14,791 nucleotides of DNA from Abditibacteriaceae bacterium (GCA_031372065.1 JANMKN010000196.1:1-14791), one strand, 5' to 3'. Shown: positions 6,944 to 14,751, numbered from the stretch's first letter. Notes: generated by a model not told the origin, from the sequence alone. Numbers and translations are program-made.

Positions 6944-8323
6944 TCATCCTTCGAGAGACATCAAAAAAGGCTGTTCGAGGGCGTTGCAAATCCAGCGCAG
7001 GAAGCGGGCGCCGTCGGCGCCGTCAATGACGCGGTGGTCGTAGCTGAGACTGAGTGGAAGCATCAGTCGTGGCTCGAAAGTTTGGCCGTTCCAAAATGGC
7101 TCGATGCCGCCGCGTGATAAGCCGAGGATTGCCACTTCGGGCGCGTTGACAATTGGCGTAAAATTGGTGCCGCCGATGCCGCCCAAATTGGTGATAGTGA
7201 AACAGCCGCCCTGCATTTCTTCGAGCGTTGTTTTCTTTTCGCGCGCGCGTTCGGCAATTTTGTTCAACTCGACGGCGATTTCCACGATGTTCAATTTGTC
7301 CACATCGCGCACAACCGGCACCATCAAACCGCGCGGCGTATCAACCGCCACGCCGATGTTGTAGTAATTCTTGAAAATCTGCTCGTTGCTGCCCATGTCC
7401 AAGCTGGAATTGAACTGCGGAAACTTTTTCAGGGCCCCGGTCACGACTTTTAAAATGATGGCCGTTACGGTCAGTTTGGCGCCTGCGGATTCGGCTTGTT
7501 TGCCATATTGCTTGCGCAGTTTTTCCAGTTCAGTGATGTCGGCTTTGTCGAACTGCGTAACGTGCGGAATCGTTGACCACGAACGCGCCATTTGCTCGGC
7601 AGTCGCGCGGCGAATGCCCGACAAGGGCTTGCGTTCGACGCTGCCCCACTTAGCAAAATCGGGTAGCGGCGCGGCGGGCACTCCATTGGAATAGCCTACC
7701 GGCGCAGCAACTTTGGCAACCGCATTCTTGACATCGGCGAAACCGACGCGCCCGTTGGGGCCGCTGCCTTTGACCGACGCCAAATCCACACCTAATTCGC
7801 GCGCCAGACGGCGCACGCTGGGCGCGGCAGCAATGCTGGCGCCTGAAACAGCGGACGCGGCAGCCACGGCGGGCAGGGCATGGCTTATGCCATTTGGAGA
7901 ACCGTTGGGCGAACCATTCGACTGCGCCAATTGGGAAGGCGGCACCAGTTTTTTGTCTTTGCCGGCGTCTTCGTCTTCTTTGTCGTCTATGCCGGTTGCC
8001 ATACCTTGCTGCTGCTCTCCGGTGGCTTTAACATCGGCTTCTTTGCTGTCGGCGGCTTCGGTTTTGGCTTCCGTTTTCGCTTCGCTTCCAGCGGCTTCAA
8101 ACGACATCACCGCTTGGCCGACTTTCACTTCGTCGCCTTCTTTGACGGAAATGCCCGCGATTTTGCCGCCTTGCGGCGCTGGAACAGGCACAACTGATTT
8201 GCCGGTTTCGAGTTCGAGAAGCGGCTGGCCTTCTTCGACCTGCTCGCCCACCGACACCAAAATTCCGGCCACTGTGCCGGATTCTACACCTTCGCCCAAA
8301 GAGGGCAATTTAAATTCTGTCAT
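6944..8323 (-). CDS. aceF: Dihydrolipoyllysine acetyltransferase (E2) with a single lipoyl domain
   Basis: Lipoyl domain FKLPSLGEGVESGTV...LELETGKS, an Ala/Glu/Lys-rich linker, the subunit-binding domain APSVRRLARELGVDL..VKGSGPNGRV, and catalytic-domain motifs FTITNLGGIGG and SYDHRVIDGADGARF. ATG 8323 has a GAAGG SD. Confidence 0.96.
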   Translation of the reverse strand: MTEFKLPSLGEGVESGTVAGILVSVGEQVEEGQPLLELETGKSVVPVPAPQGGKIAGISVKEGDEVKVGQAVMSFEAAGSEAKTEAKTEAADSKEADVKATGEQQQGMATGIDDKEDEDAGKDKKLVPPSQLAQSNGSPNGSPNGISHALPAVAAASAVSGASIAAAPSVRRLARELGVDLASVKGSGPNGRVGFADVKNAVAKVAAPVGYSNGVPAAPLPDFAKWGSVERKPLSGIRRATAEQMARSWSTIPHVTQFDKADITELEKLRKQYGKQAESAGAKLTVTAIILKVVTGALKKFPQFNSSLDMGSNEQIFKNYYNIGVAVDTPRGLMVPVVRDVDKLNIVEIAVELNKIAERAREKKTTLEEMQGGCFTITNLGGIGGTNFTPIVNAPEVAILGLSRGGIEPFWNGQTFEPRLMLPLSLSYDHRVIDGADGARFLRWICNALEQPFLMSLEG

Positions 8324-8338
8324 GGTGTTACCTTCTTC

Positions 8339-8437
8339 AATAGAACGCAAATCGCGCGAATTATCGCTAATTTACGCAAACTTTCTTTGAAAAGATTTGC
8401 GTAAATTGGCGTTTGTTTGCGAAATTCGCGTTCTATT
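8339..8437. repeat. Long imperfect hairpin built from 9-10-nt CGCnAA units between aceE and aceF
   Basis: AATAGAACGC (8339-8348) pairs with GCGTTCTATT (8428-8437). CGCTAATTTACGCAAA (8365-8380) pairs with TTTGCGTAAATTGGCG (8396-8411) with one non-Watson-Crick position. Confidence 0.85.
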
Positions 8438-11196
8438 TAACCAGCTAAACCCGGCCAGACAATATCAGTCAACGGATTGAGTTTGTCCGGGTTGATGTTC
8501 ATTTCTTTCAGCGCATTTTGCACCACGTCCGGCTTGATTTTGCCTTGCTCGACCAATGCGGTTAGCGTCGCCAAAACGATATAGCGATGATCTACTTCAA
8601 AGAAATCGCGCAGGGCGTGACGGCTTTCGCTGCGGCCAAAGCCATCTGTCCCCAGTGAATACAAGCGGCCCGGCACCCAACTGCGAATCGAATCGGGCAG
8701 AATCTTCATGTAATCGCTGCTCGCCACGAAAACGCCGTCTTTGGCGCTTTGCAATTGCTGCGTCACGAAAGGCACCCGCTTTTCTTCGCCGGGATGCAGC
8801 AAGTTGTAGCGCTCGCATTCCAAACCGTCGCGGTTCAGTTCTTTGTAACTGGTTACGCTCCACACATCGGCGGCGACTTTGTATTTTTCTTCGAGAACGG
8901 CTTGCGCCTTCACGACTTCGTTCAAAATCGTGCCGCTGCCAAACAGAGTCGCTTTGAGTTTGGATTTGCTTTGCGACTTTTTGAAAGGATACATTCCCTT
9001 GAGAATGCCTTCTTTGATGCCTTCGCCTTCAGGCATCGGCGGCTGCGCGTAGGTTTCGTTCATCAGCGTGATGTAATAGAAAACCGCTTCGCCGTTTTCA
9101 TACATACGCCGCAAGCCTTCGCGGATAATAATCGCCAATTCGTAAGCGTAAGCCGGGTCGTAGGCTAACAAGTTCGGAAAAGTGTAAGCCAGCAAATGCG
9201 AGTGCCCGTCTTCGTGCTGCAAGCCTTCGCCGTTGAGCGTGGTGCGTCCGGCTGTGGCGCCGAGCATAAAGCCACGGGCGCGGATATCGGCAGCCAACCA
9301 CACCAAATCGCCGACACGCTGCGGGCCGAACATCGAATAGTAAATGTAAAACGGAATCGTATTTACGCCATGCGTGGAATACGCTGTGCCCGCCGCGATG
9401 AAACTCGACATGGCACCGGCTTCGTTGATGCCTTCTTCGAGAATCTGCCCGTTTTTTGATTCCTTGTAATACGCCAGTTCTTTGCGGTCAACCGGCTCGT
9501 AAAGCTGCCCGACGCTGGAATAAATGCCGTAAGAACCAAACAAGCCATCCAAACCGAAAGTGCGCGCTTCGTCGGGGATAATCGGCACGACTAACTTGCC
9601 GATTTCCTTGTTGCGCAAGAGCTTGCGCAGGACATTGCCAAAAGCCATCGTGGTGGAGGCTTCGTGACCGTCAGAGCCTTTGTAAAACTCTTCAAAGTCT
9701 TTTTCGAGCGGCGTTTTAAATTCCGGCACCAGCATCGAACGCTGCGGAACCGGGCCACCCAAAGCGGCGCGGCGCTCTTTGATGTATTTTACTTCGGGGC
9801 TGTCTTCGGCGGGACGATAAAACTTCAGCTTGCGCGCGTCATCGTCGGAAATCGGAATCTCGAAGCGGTGCGCAAATTGAACCGTCGCTTCTTCTTCCAT
9901 TTTCTTGGCGTTGTGCGCGCCCATTTTGCCTTCGGCAGATTCGCCCAGCCCGTAACCTTTGACGGTTTTCGCCAAAATAACCGTTGGCTGGCCGCTATGA
10001 TTGACCGCCGCGTGATAAGCGGCGTAAACCTTTTCGGGATCGTGCCCGCCGCGCTTGATTTTGCGGATTTCTTCGTCGGAAAGCTGGCTGGCGAGCTTTT
10101 GCAAATACGGCGTGTTGAAGAAGTGTTCGCGCGCATACGCGCCGGTTTCGACGGTGTATTTCTGATATTGACCGTCCACCACTTCGCCCATGCGACGCAC
10201 CAATTCGCCGGTTTCGTCAGCTTCAATTAATGGGTCCCAACCGCTGCCCCAAACCACCTTAATAACGTTCCAACCGGCACCACGGAACAAGCCTTCGAGT
10301 TCCTGAATAATCTTGCCGTTGCCGCGAACCGGGCCATCCAAACGCTGCAAGTTGCAGTTGATAACCCACGTCAGGTTGTCGAGTTTTTCGCGGCCCGCGA
10401 GCGTAATCGAGCCGAGCGATTCGGGTTCGTCGCATTCGCCGTCGCCCAAAAAGGCCCAGACGCGCGAATCGCTCGCGTCTTTGTGGCCGCGATGCTCCAT
10501 GTAGCGGTTAAAACGCGCCTGATAAATGGAAAGAATCGGCCCAAGACCCATCGAAACCGTCGGGAACTGCCAGAAATCCGGCATCAGCCACGGATGCGGA
10601 TAGGATGAAAGTCCTCCGGCGGGCTGCAATTCTTGGCGGAAGTTGATGAGTTGCTGTTCGCTCAGGCGTCCTTCGAGAAAAGCGCGCGCATAAGGGCCGG
10701 GTGAGCCGTGTCCTTGGAAGAAAATCTGGTCGCCCGAACTACGCTGCGCGCCCTTGCCGTTGGGCGCTTTGAAAAAGTGGTTAAAACCCACTTCCAAAAG
10801 CGTCGCGGACGAGGCGTAGGTGGAAATATGGCCGCCGACTTCGATGGCTTTGCCGCTGGGGTCTTTGACTTTCTGAGCGCGCAGCACCATCGCCATCGCA
10901 TTCCAGCGGATAATGCTTTTGATGCGCCGTTCGATTTCGCGGTCGCCGGGATACTCCGGTTGCGCGCGGCGCGGAATGCTATTGATGTAAGGTGTGGTGG
11001 CGGCGAAGGGGATTTTAACCCCGTTGCGCTGCGCGTGAATTTCCAGATGCTTGAGCAATTCGGCTACGCGTTCGGGGCCGCCGGATTCCAAGACAAAGTC
11101 TAAGGAATCCAGCCATTCCTGCGTTTCAATTTGCTCGATTTGAGAAGAAGATTGAGCCTCGGCCTCAACATCGGAAGCCATTTCGAGAGTCGCCAT
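8437..11196 (-). CDS. aceE: Pyruvate dehydrogenase E1, homodimeric type
   Basis: ETQEWLDSL, IRWNAMAMV, GGHISTYAS, FQGHGSPG, GLSSYPHPWLMP, PTVSMGLGP, the ThDP motif GDGECDEPES...NCNLQRLDG, PDEARTFG, GRTTLNGEGLQH and LGTDGFGRS. AAAGGA SD upstream. Confidence 0.98.
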   Translation of the reverse strand: MATLEMASDVEAEAQSSSQIEQIETQEWLDSLDFVLESGGPERVAELLKHLEIHAQRNGVKIPFAATTPYINSIPRRAQPEYPGDREIERRIKSIIRWNAMAMVLRAQKVKDPSGKAIEVGGHISTYASSATLLEVGFNHFFKAPNGKGAQRSSGDQIFFQGHGSPGPYARAFLEGRLSEQQLINFRQELQPAGGLSSYPHPWLMPDFWQFPTVSMGLGPILSIYQARFNRYMEHRGHKDASDSRVWAFLGDGECDEPESLGSITLAGREKLDNLTWVINCNLQRLDGPVRGNGKIIQELEGLFRGAGWNVIKVVWGSGWDPLIEADETGELVRRMGEVVDGQYQKYTVETGAYAREHFFNTPYLQKLASQLSDEEIRKIKRGGHDPEKVYAAYHAAVNHSGQPTVILAKTVKGYGLGESAEGKMGAHNAKKMEEEATVQFAHRFEIPISDDDARKLKFYRPAEDSPEVKYIKERRAALGGPVPQRSMLVPEFKTPLEKDFEEFYKGSDGHEASTTMAFGNVLRKLLRNKEIGKLVVPIIPDEARTFGLDGLFGSYGIYSSVGQLYEPVDRKELAYYKESKNGQILEEGINEAGAMSSFIAAGTAYSTHGVNTIPFYIYYSMFGPQRVGDLVWLAADIRARGFMLGATAGRTTLNGEGLQHEDGHSHLLAYTFPNLLAYDPAYAYELAIIIREGLRRMYENGEAVFYYITLMNETYAQPPMPEGEGIKEGILKGMYPFKKSQSKSKLKATLFGSGTILNEVVKAQAVLEEKYKVAADVWSVTSYKELNRDGLECERYNLLHPGEEKRVPFVTQQLQSAKDGVFVASSDYMKILPDSIRSWVPGRLYSLGTDGFGRSESRHALRDFFEVDHRYIVLATLTALVEQGKIKPDVVQNALKEMNINPDKLNPLTDIVWPGLAG

Positions 11197-11390
11197 ACGA
11201 TTTACGGTCCTTTCTCTTTAAATATATCTGCTTAGTGGCTTTTCTGCCCACAATCGGCGCCTATCTATATAGTAAGGCAGCTTTTAGCCGCACTGGGAAA
11301 TCGTAATCGGCGCGAAATGAAATCGCCAACCAGCACCCCGCACCAAAAAGCGCGCCGCTTATAGATTGCAACAAAAGCGGGGCTGGCGCA

Positions 11391-11557
11391 CAATGGCATT
11401 AAGTTAAGGATTTCGAGAGCTATAGTTCCTCCCCTTTGGGCGGGCGCCCGCTTACTGCGGGCAGGATTAGGTGGGGGTTGAGGGCGGCTATGCCGCCGTT
11501 ATTCCTTCCCTCCGGGAGGCAATCCACGTTTCTGAATTGCTTAACTTAATGCCATTG
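11391..11557. mobile_element. 167-bp MITE, probably IS4-family-derived
   Basis: Perfect 18-bp TIRs CAATGGCATTAAGTTAAG (11391-11408) and CTTAACTTAATGCCATTG (11540-11557). A perfect 10-bp direct repeat GGCTGGCGCA flanks it (11381-11390 and 11558-11567). No transposase inside. Confidence 0.93.
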
Positions 11558-11574
11558 GGCTGGCGCACCCTTCC

Positions 11575-11611
11575 AAAGGCGCGTTCTTCACGATGAAGAG
11601 CGCGCCTTTTT
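11575..11611 (+). terminator. Intrinsic terminator-like hairpin
   Basis: AAAGGCGCGTTCTTCA-CGA-TGAAGAGCGCGCCTTT then TT. The single non-Watson-Crick pair is U-G on the plus strand and the longer T run is on the plus 3' side. Confidence 0.7.
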
Positions 11612-11673
11612 CTATCTACAAACAGCGCTTGCCGCGTCGTTATACTTTCGACAATTTGCTTTGAAAGTTATTC

Positions 11674-14145
11674 ATGTCCCGTTTTCATAAATCGTGCGCC
11701 CTTTTGTTCGTGCCGCTTGTTCTGATCTTTGCGCCTCTGCGTGCCGATGTGACTAAAAATTGGGACGAGGCGAATGCAGCCATCGCCGTTGCGAAGACTC
11801 CTCTGGAAAAGGCCAATGCGCTCTATCAAAAGGCGGGTTTGCCGCTGGCGTGGTTCGAGAAATCCACGCGAGCCGATTGGGAAGAAGCGGGCAGGGCGAT
11901 GGACGAGGCGTTTAAGCTGCTCGATCAAGTTTCCAACGATGGCAAAGGCAAAATTGCAGGGCAGGACGCCTTTTATTTTCGGCGCGGTTATGTCGCTAAC
12001 AAGCTGGACAATTTTACCGGTGCGGTCAATTTCTACAATGAGGCCGAAAAAGCGGGCTATCTGGCCCAGCACGCCACCAATCGCAACAAAGGGGCGGAAC
12101 TTTATAGCAATCGCGCCGAGGCCAAAGCCGCGCTTTATGACTTCGCGGGCGCTCTGGCCGATTTAGAGCAAGCTATCGCGCTCAACAATAACTATATTTG
12201 GGTCAGGCAACGCGCCGAAACGCGCTTTGAGATGGGCGATTGGGACGGCGCTGTGGCCGATTGGAAACGCGTCGTCGAACTGAATCCGAATGAGAAAATC
12301 GAGCGCGAGGTCGCTGATTTGTTGGATAACACGCCAAAGAACGAAATCAAAATGCCGTTTGACCGCTATTTAGTGCCTTTCAATAAAGCCATTGCCGACA
12401 ATCCAAACAGCGCCGCGCCGTTTGTGGCGCGCGCCCGGCATCGCTTGGCGCGCGTGCAGAGGGAATTGAAATACGAATTCGGCATTATGCGCAGCTTCAA
12501 GCAAACAGAGGCCAATAAAACGGCAAAAAGCATTCTCCGCGATTTAAATCGCGCTATTGCCCTTGAGCCGAAAAATGCCGCCGCATGGCGCGAACGCGGC
12601 AAAACGCGCGGTTATTTCTGGGTTCTGAGCGAAGGAAATGGCCTTGACTTCGACGAAAAGGCGCCTCTGCTCGATTTCAATCGCGCTTTGAATTTGGAAG
12701 ACAGCAACGCTTTGACGCGTTTCGAGACGGGCTTTTATCTTCTCACTCGCTCCTCGCCGCAGCCGGGCAAACCTGTGCCGGGAGATTTAAAAGAGCGTCG
12801 CAAATTCGATTTGCAGACTGCGATCATGAACTTCAGCCGTGCCATCGTGAAAGCGCCGGAAGCCAATGCCGACGCGCATTATCATCGCGCTTTTGCCGAG
12901 CGTCAAACCGAAACTCCCGACCAGAACACGCTTTTGGTGGATTATTCCGCCGTTATCGCGCAGCAAATGAAAGGCATCGGCGATGCGCCCGACGACGGCG
13001 AAAAAAGCGATATGCTTTCAGCGGCCCGTGTGATGCGCGGCAAGATTTTACTGTCGCGCGGCCAACGTAACGTGGCGTTGCAAGATTTCGACGCAGCCAT
13101 CAAAGTAGCCAGTTTGAATTACGAGGCACGCTTCGAGCGCGGCAAATTACGCGTTATTCGCGGCGAATACGAAGATGCTTTAGAAGACCTTGAGGTCGTC
13201 ACAGAAAACACCCGTTCCGCCGAAGCGTGGCTGTGGAAAGCGGCGGCGCAGGACAGCAAAGGCGACACCGAACAAGCCAAAACTGCGTTGCAAGAAGCCT
13301 TCAAACGCGACGCTAATCTGAAAAGTCGCGTGCGCGGCACTCGCTACGACGAAGCCACTCCAACGCAAAAGCCACTCGCCCCCGCGCCCGATAAAAACGA
13401 CGCGAAACTGCTCACCGGCACCGCTTTGGAACACAAAAACGCCGGCAACGAATTGTTGAATAAAGGCAATGCGAGCGGGGCGTTGGCCGAATATAGCGCG
13501 GCGATTTTGCTTGACCCTAACTTTGCCGACGGCTACAACAATCGCGGCGGGCGCTATGTCGTGCAGGAGAAATACGACTTGGCGCTGGCCGATTTAAATC
13601 GCGCCATCGAACTTGACCCCAAACATCGTCTCGCTTACTTTAATCGCTCCTTTGTTTGGAGAAGCCTGCGCGATGCCGAAAAGCAAGGCGCCGATTTAGA
13701 CCGCGCCATCGAATATGCCGACACGCCCGAAGGCAAAGCCACCGCTTATGTGATGCGCGCTGTCGCAAAAGCCGAAACCAACCCGGCCAGCGCGCAAGCC
13801 GATTTGACTGCCGCCGTCGCCACTGCGCCCAAAGACGCCCCTATTTTAGATCAAAGCGGGCGTCTTTTCCTTTATTTTCAGCGCAACGACACCGCGCGCG
13901 ACACCTTTCGTCGCCTGCTGGAACTTCAGCCCTCCAACAACACCGCGCGCCTGCATTTATCCTTCGCTTTAGCCGCCTTAAACGACGAAGCCGCGCCGGG
14001 CGAATTTGAAAAAGCCTTTGCCAACGCCAAAGCTGCCGAAGTCGCCGATGCCAAGGGCACCTTGGATGAAGTCCTCAAACACCAGCCCGATTCCGCCCTG
14101 CTCAAAACCATGAAAGAGCGCCTCGCCAACCCCAAAACGCCGTAA
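11674..14145 (+). CDS. Tetratricopeptide-repeat protein with a probable Sec signal peptide
   Basis: Basic N-terminus, hydrophobic core ALLFVPLVLIFA and a plausible cleavage after PLRA. Many TPR consensus units, e.g. AELYSNRAEAKAALYDFAGALADLEQAIALN and ADGYNNRGGRYVVQEKYDLALADLNRAIELDP. Confidence 0.93.
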   Translation: MSRFHKSCALLFVPLVLIFAPLRADVTKNWDEANAAIAVAKTPLEKANALYQKAGLPLAWFEKSTRADWEEAGRAMDEAFKLLDQVSNDGKGKIAGQDAFYFRRGYVANKLDNFTGAVNFYNEAEKAGYLAQHATNRNKGAELYSNRAEAKAALYDFAGALADLEQAIALNNNYIWVRQRAETRFEMGDWDGAVADWKRVVELNPNEKIEREVADLLDNTPKNEIKMPFDRYLVPFNKAIADNPNSAAPFVARARHRLARVQRELKYEFGIMRSFKQTEANKTAKSILRDLNRAIALEPKNAAAWRERGKTRGYFWVLSEGNGLDFDEKAPLLDFNRALNLEDSNALTRFETGFYLLTRSSPQPGKPVPGDLKERRKFDLQTAIMNFSRAIVKAPEANADAHYHRAFAERQTETPDQNTLLVDYSAVIAQQMKGIGDAPDDGEKSDMLSAARVMRGKILLSRGQRNVALQDFDAAIKVASLNYEARFERGKLRVIRGEYEDALEDLEVVTENTRSAEAWLWKAAAQDSKGDTEQAKTALQEAFKRDANLKSRVRGTRYDEATPTQKPLAPAPDKNDAKLLTGTALEHKNAGNELLNKGNASGALAEYSAAILLDPNFADGYNNRGGRYVVQEKYDLALADLNRAIELDPKHRLAYFNRSFVWRSLRDAEKQGADLDRAIEYADTPEGKATAYVMRAVAKAETNPASAQADLTAAVATAPKDAPILDQSGRLFLYFQRNDTARDTFRRLLELQPSNNTARLHLSFALAALNDEAAPGEFEKAFANAKAAEVADAKGTLDEVLKHQPDSALLKTMKERLANPKTP

Positions 14146-14179
14146 TACACATACAATTTGCAGGGAAAACCGCAGTCGG

Positions 14180-14575
14180 CGGGGACACTCATATCATTTA
14201 TGGCGGCACTCCTATCTCCTGTAGCGGGACGCTTTTGGTTCGCGAAGGCGCGTGTAACAGTTGTGGGGGCAGGGTTTGTCCCTGTTCCCCTCCACGACAT
14301 GAGTCGGGCAACAGGACAGGGCAAGCCCTGCCCCTACAAATCGCGCGTTTCGGCATTTTTATCGCCTGTGGAGGCAGGCTTATGTCGTGTGGAGGCACTC
14401 ATATGGTTTATGGCGGCCCTCCTATGTCGTGTGGGTGCATTAATATTCATATGAGTGCCTCCACAAACGATATGAGTGCCGCCACAAACGATATGAGTGC
14501 CGCCATAAACCATATGAGTGCCGCCACACGGCATAGGAATGCACCCACAAGCGATATGAATGCGGCAATAGACAA
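14180..14575. repeat. Degenerate 21-bp tandem repeat array arranged as two inverted arms centred at about 14447-14448
   Basis: Right-arm units start at 14450, 14471, 14492, 14513, 14534 and 14555 (consensus TATGAGTGCCGCCACAAACGA). Left-arm reverse-complement units start at 14180, 14201, 14348, 14369, 14390, 14411 and 14432 (consensus TGGMGGCACTCATAT-N6). Confidence 0.9.
14261..14339. repeat. GTAG-type REP doublet (REPIN-like)
   Basis: Left copy TTGTGGGGGCAGGGTTTGTCCCTGTTCC (14261-14288). Inverted right copy at 14314-14339 reads TTGTAGGGGCAGGGCTTGCCCTGTCC on the minus strand. Each copy is a GTRG tetramer plus an internal palindrome. Confidence 0.8.
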
Positions 14576-14751
14576 TTGGAGGACGCCTTGCCGCGTGTTT
14601 AATGGCGTAACTCAAGTCCAGCGACTGAAAGCGCGGTTCAAACGCGGCCAAGTCGCTCTGCGGTGACAGAATAAAAGCCCTTTTTCAGTCCGAACAAGGC
14701 GAATTTTGCTCATTTGGAGCCGTGAATTCATTCGCCATCCAGAAAAAGCGT

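Noticed and set aside
7885..7925. 12-nt tandem repeat encoding SNGSPNGSPNG in E2
   Set aside because: Ordinary low-complexity interdomain linker sequence.
8324..8350. Upstream start for aceF at 8350 (MRSIEEGNT)
   Set aside because: It lies inside the hairpin arm with no SD. ATG 8323 has a GAAGG SD and coincides with the start of the lipoyl domain.
11286..11305. Cobalamin riboswitch-like CACTGGGAA motif
   Set aside because: An isolated short match. The other conserved elements are not evident and the neighbouring genes are unrelated to B12.
11668..12072. 134-aa minus-strand ORF and other small ORFs within the TPR gene
   Set aside because: Antisense or alternate-frame overlaps of a clear TPR CDS with no independent support.
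14348..14575. CRISPR array
   Set aside because: The period is only 21 bp, there are no unique 25-45-bp spacers, the units are degenerate and switch orientation mid-array, and no cas genes are in the window.
14158..14666. ORFs 14158-14454, 14235-14666, 14334-14651 and 14198-14398 as ordinary genes
   Set aside because: They are mutually overlapping translations of repeat and REP DNA with no clear SD or recognisable family. Coding potential is kept only as a hypothesis in the findings.
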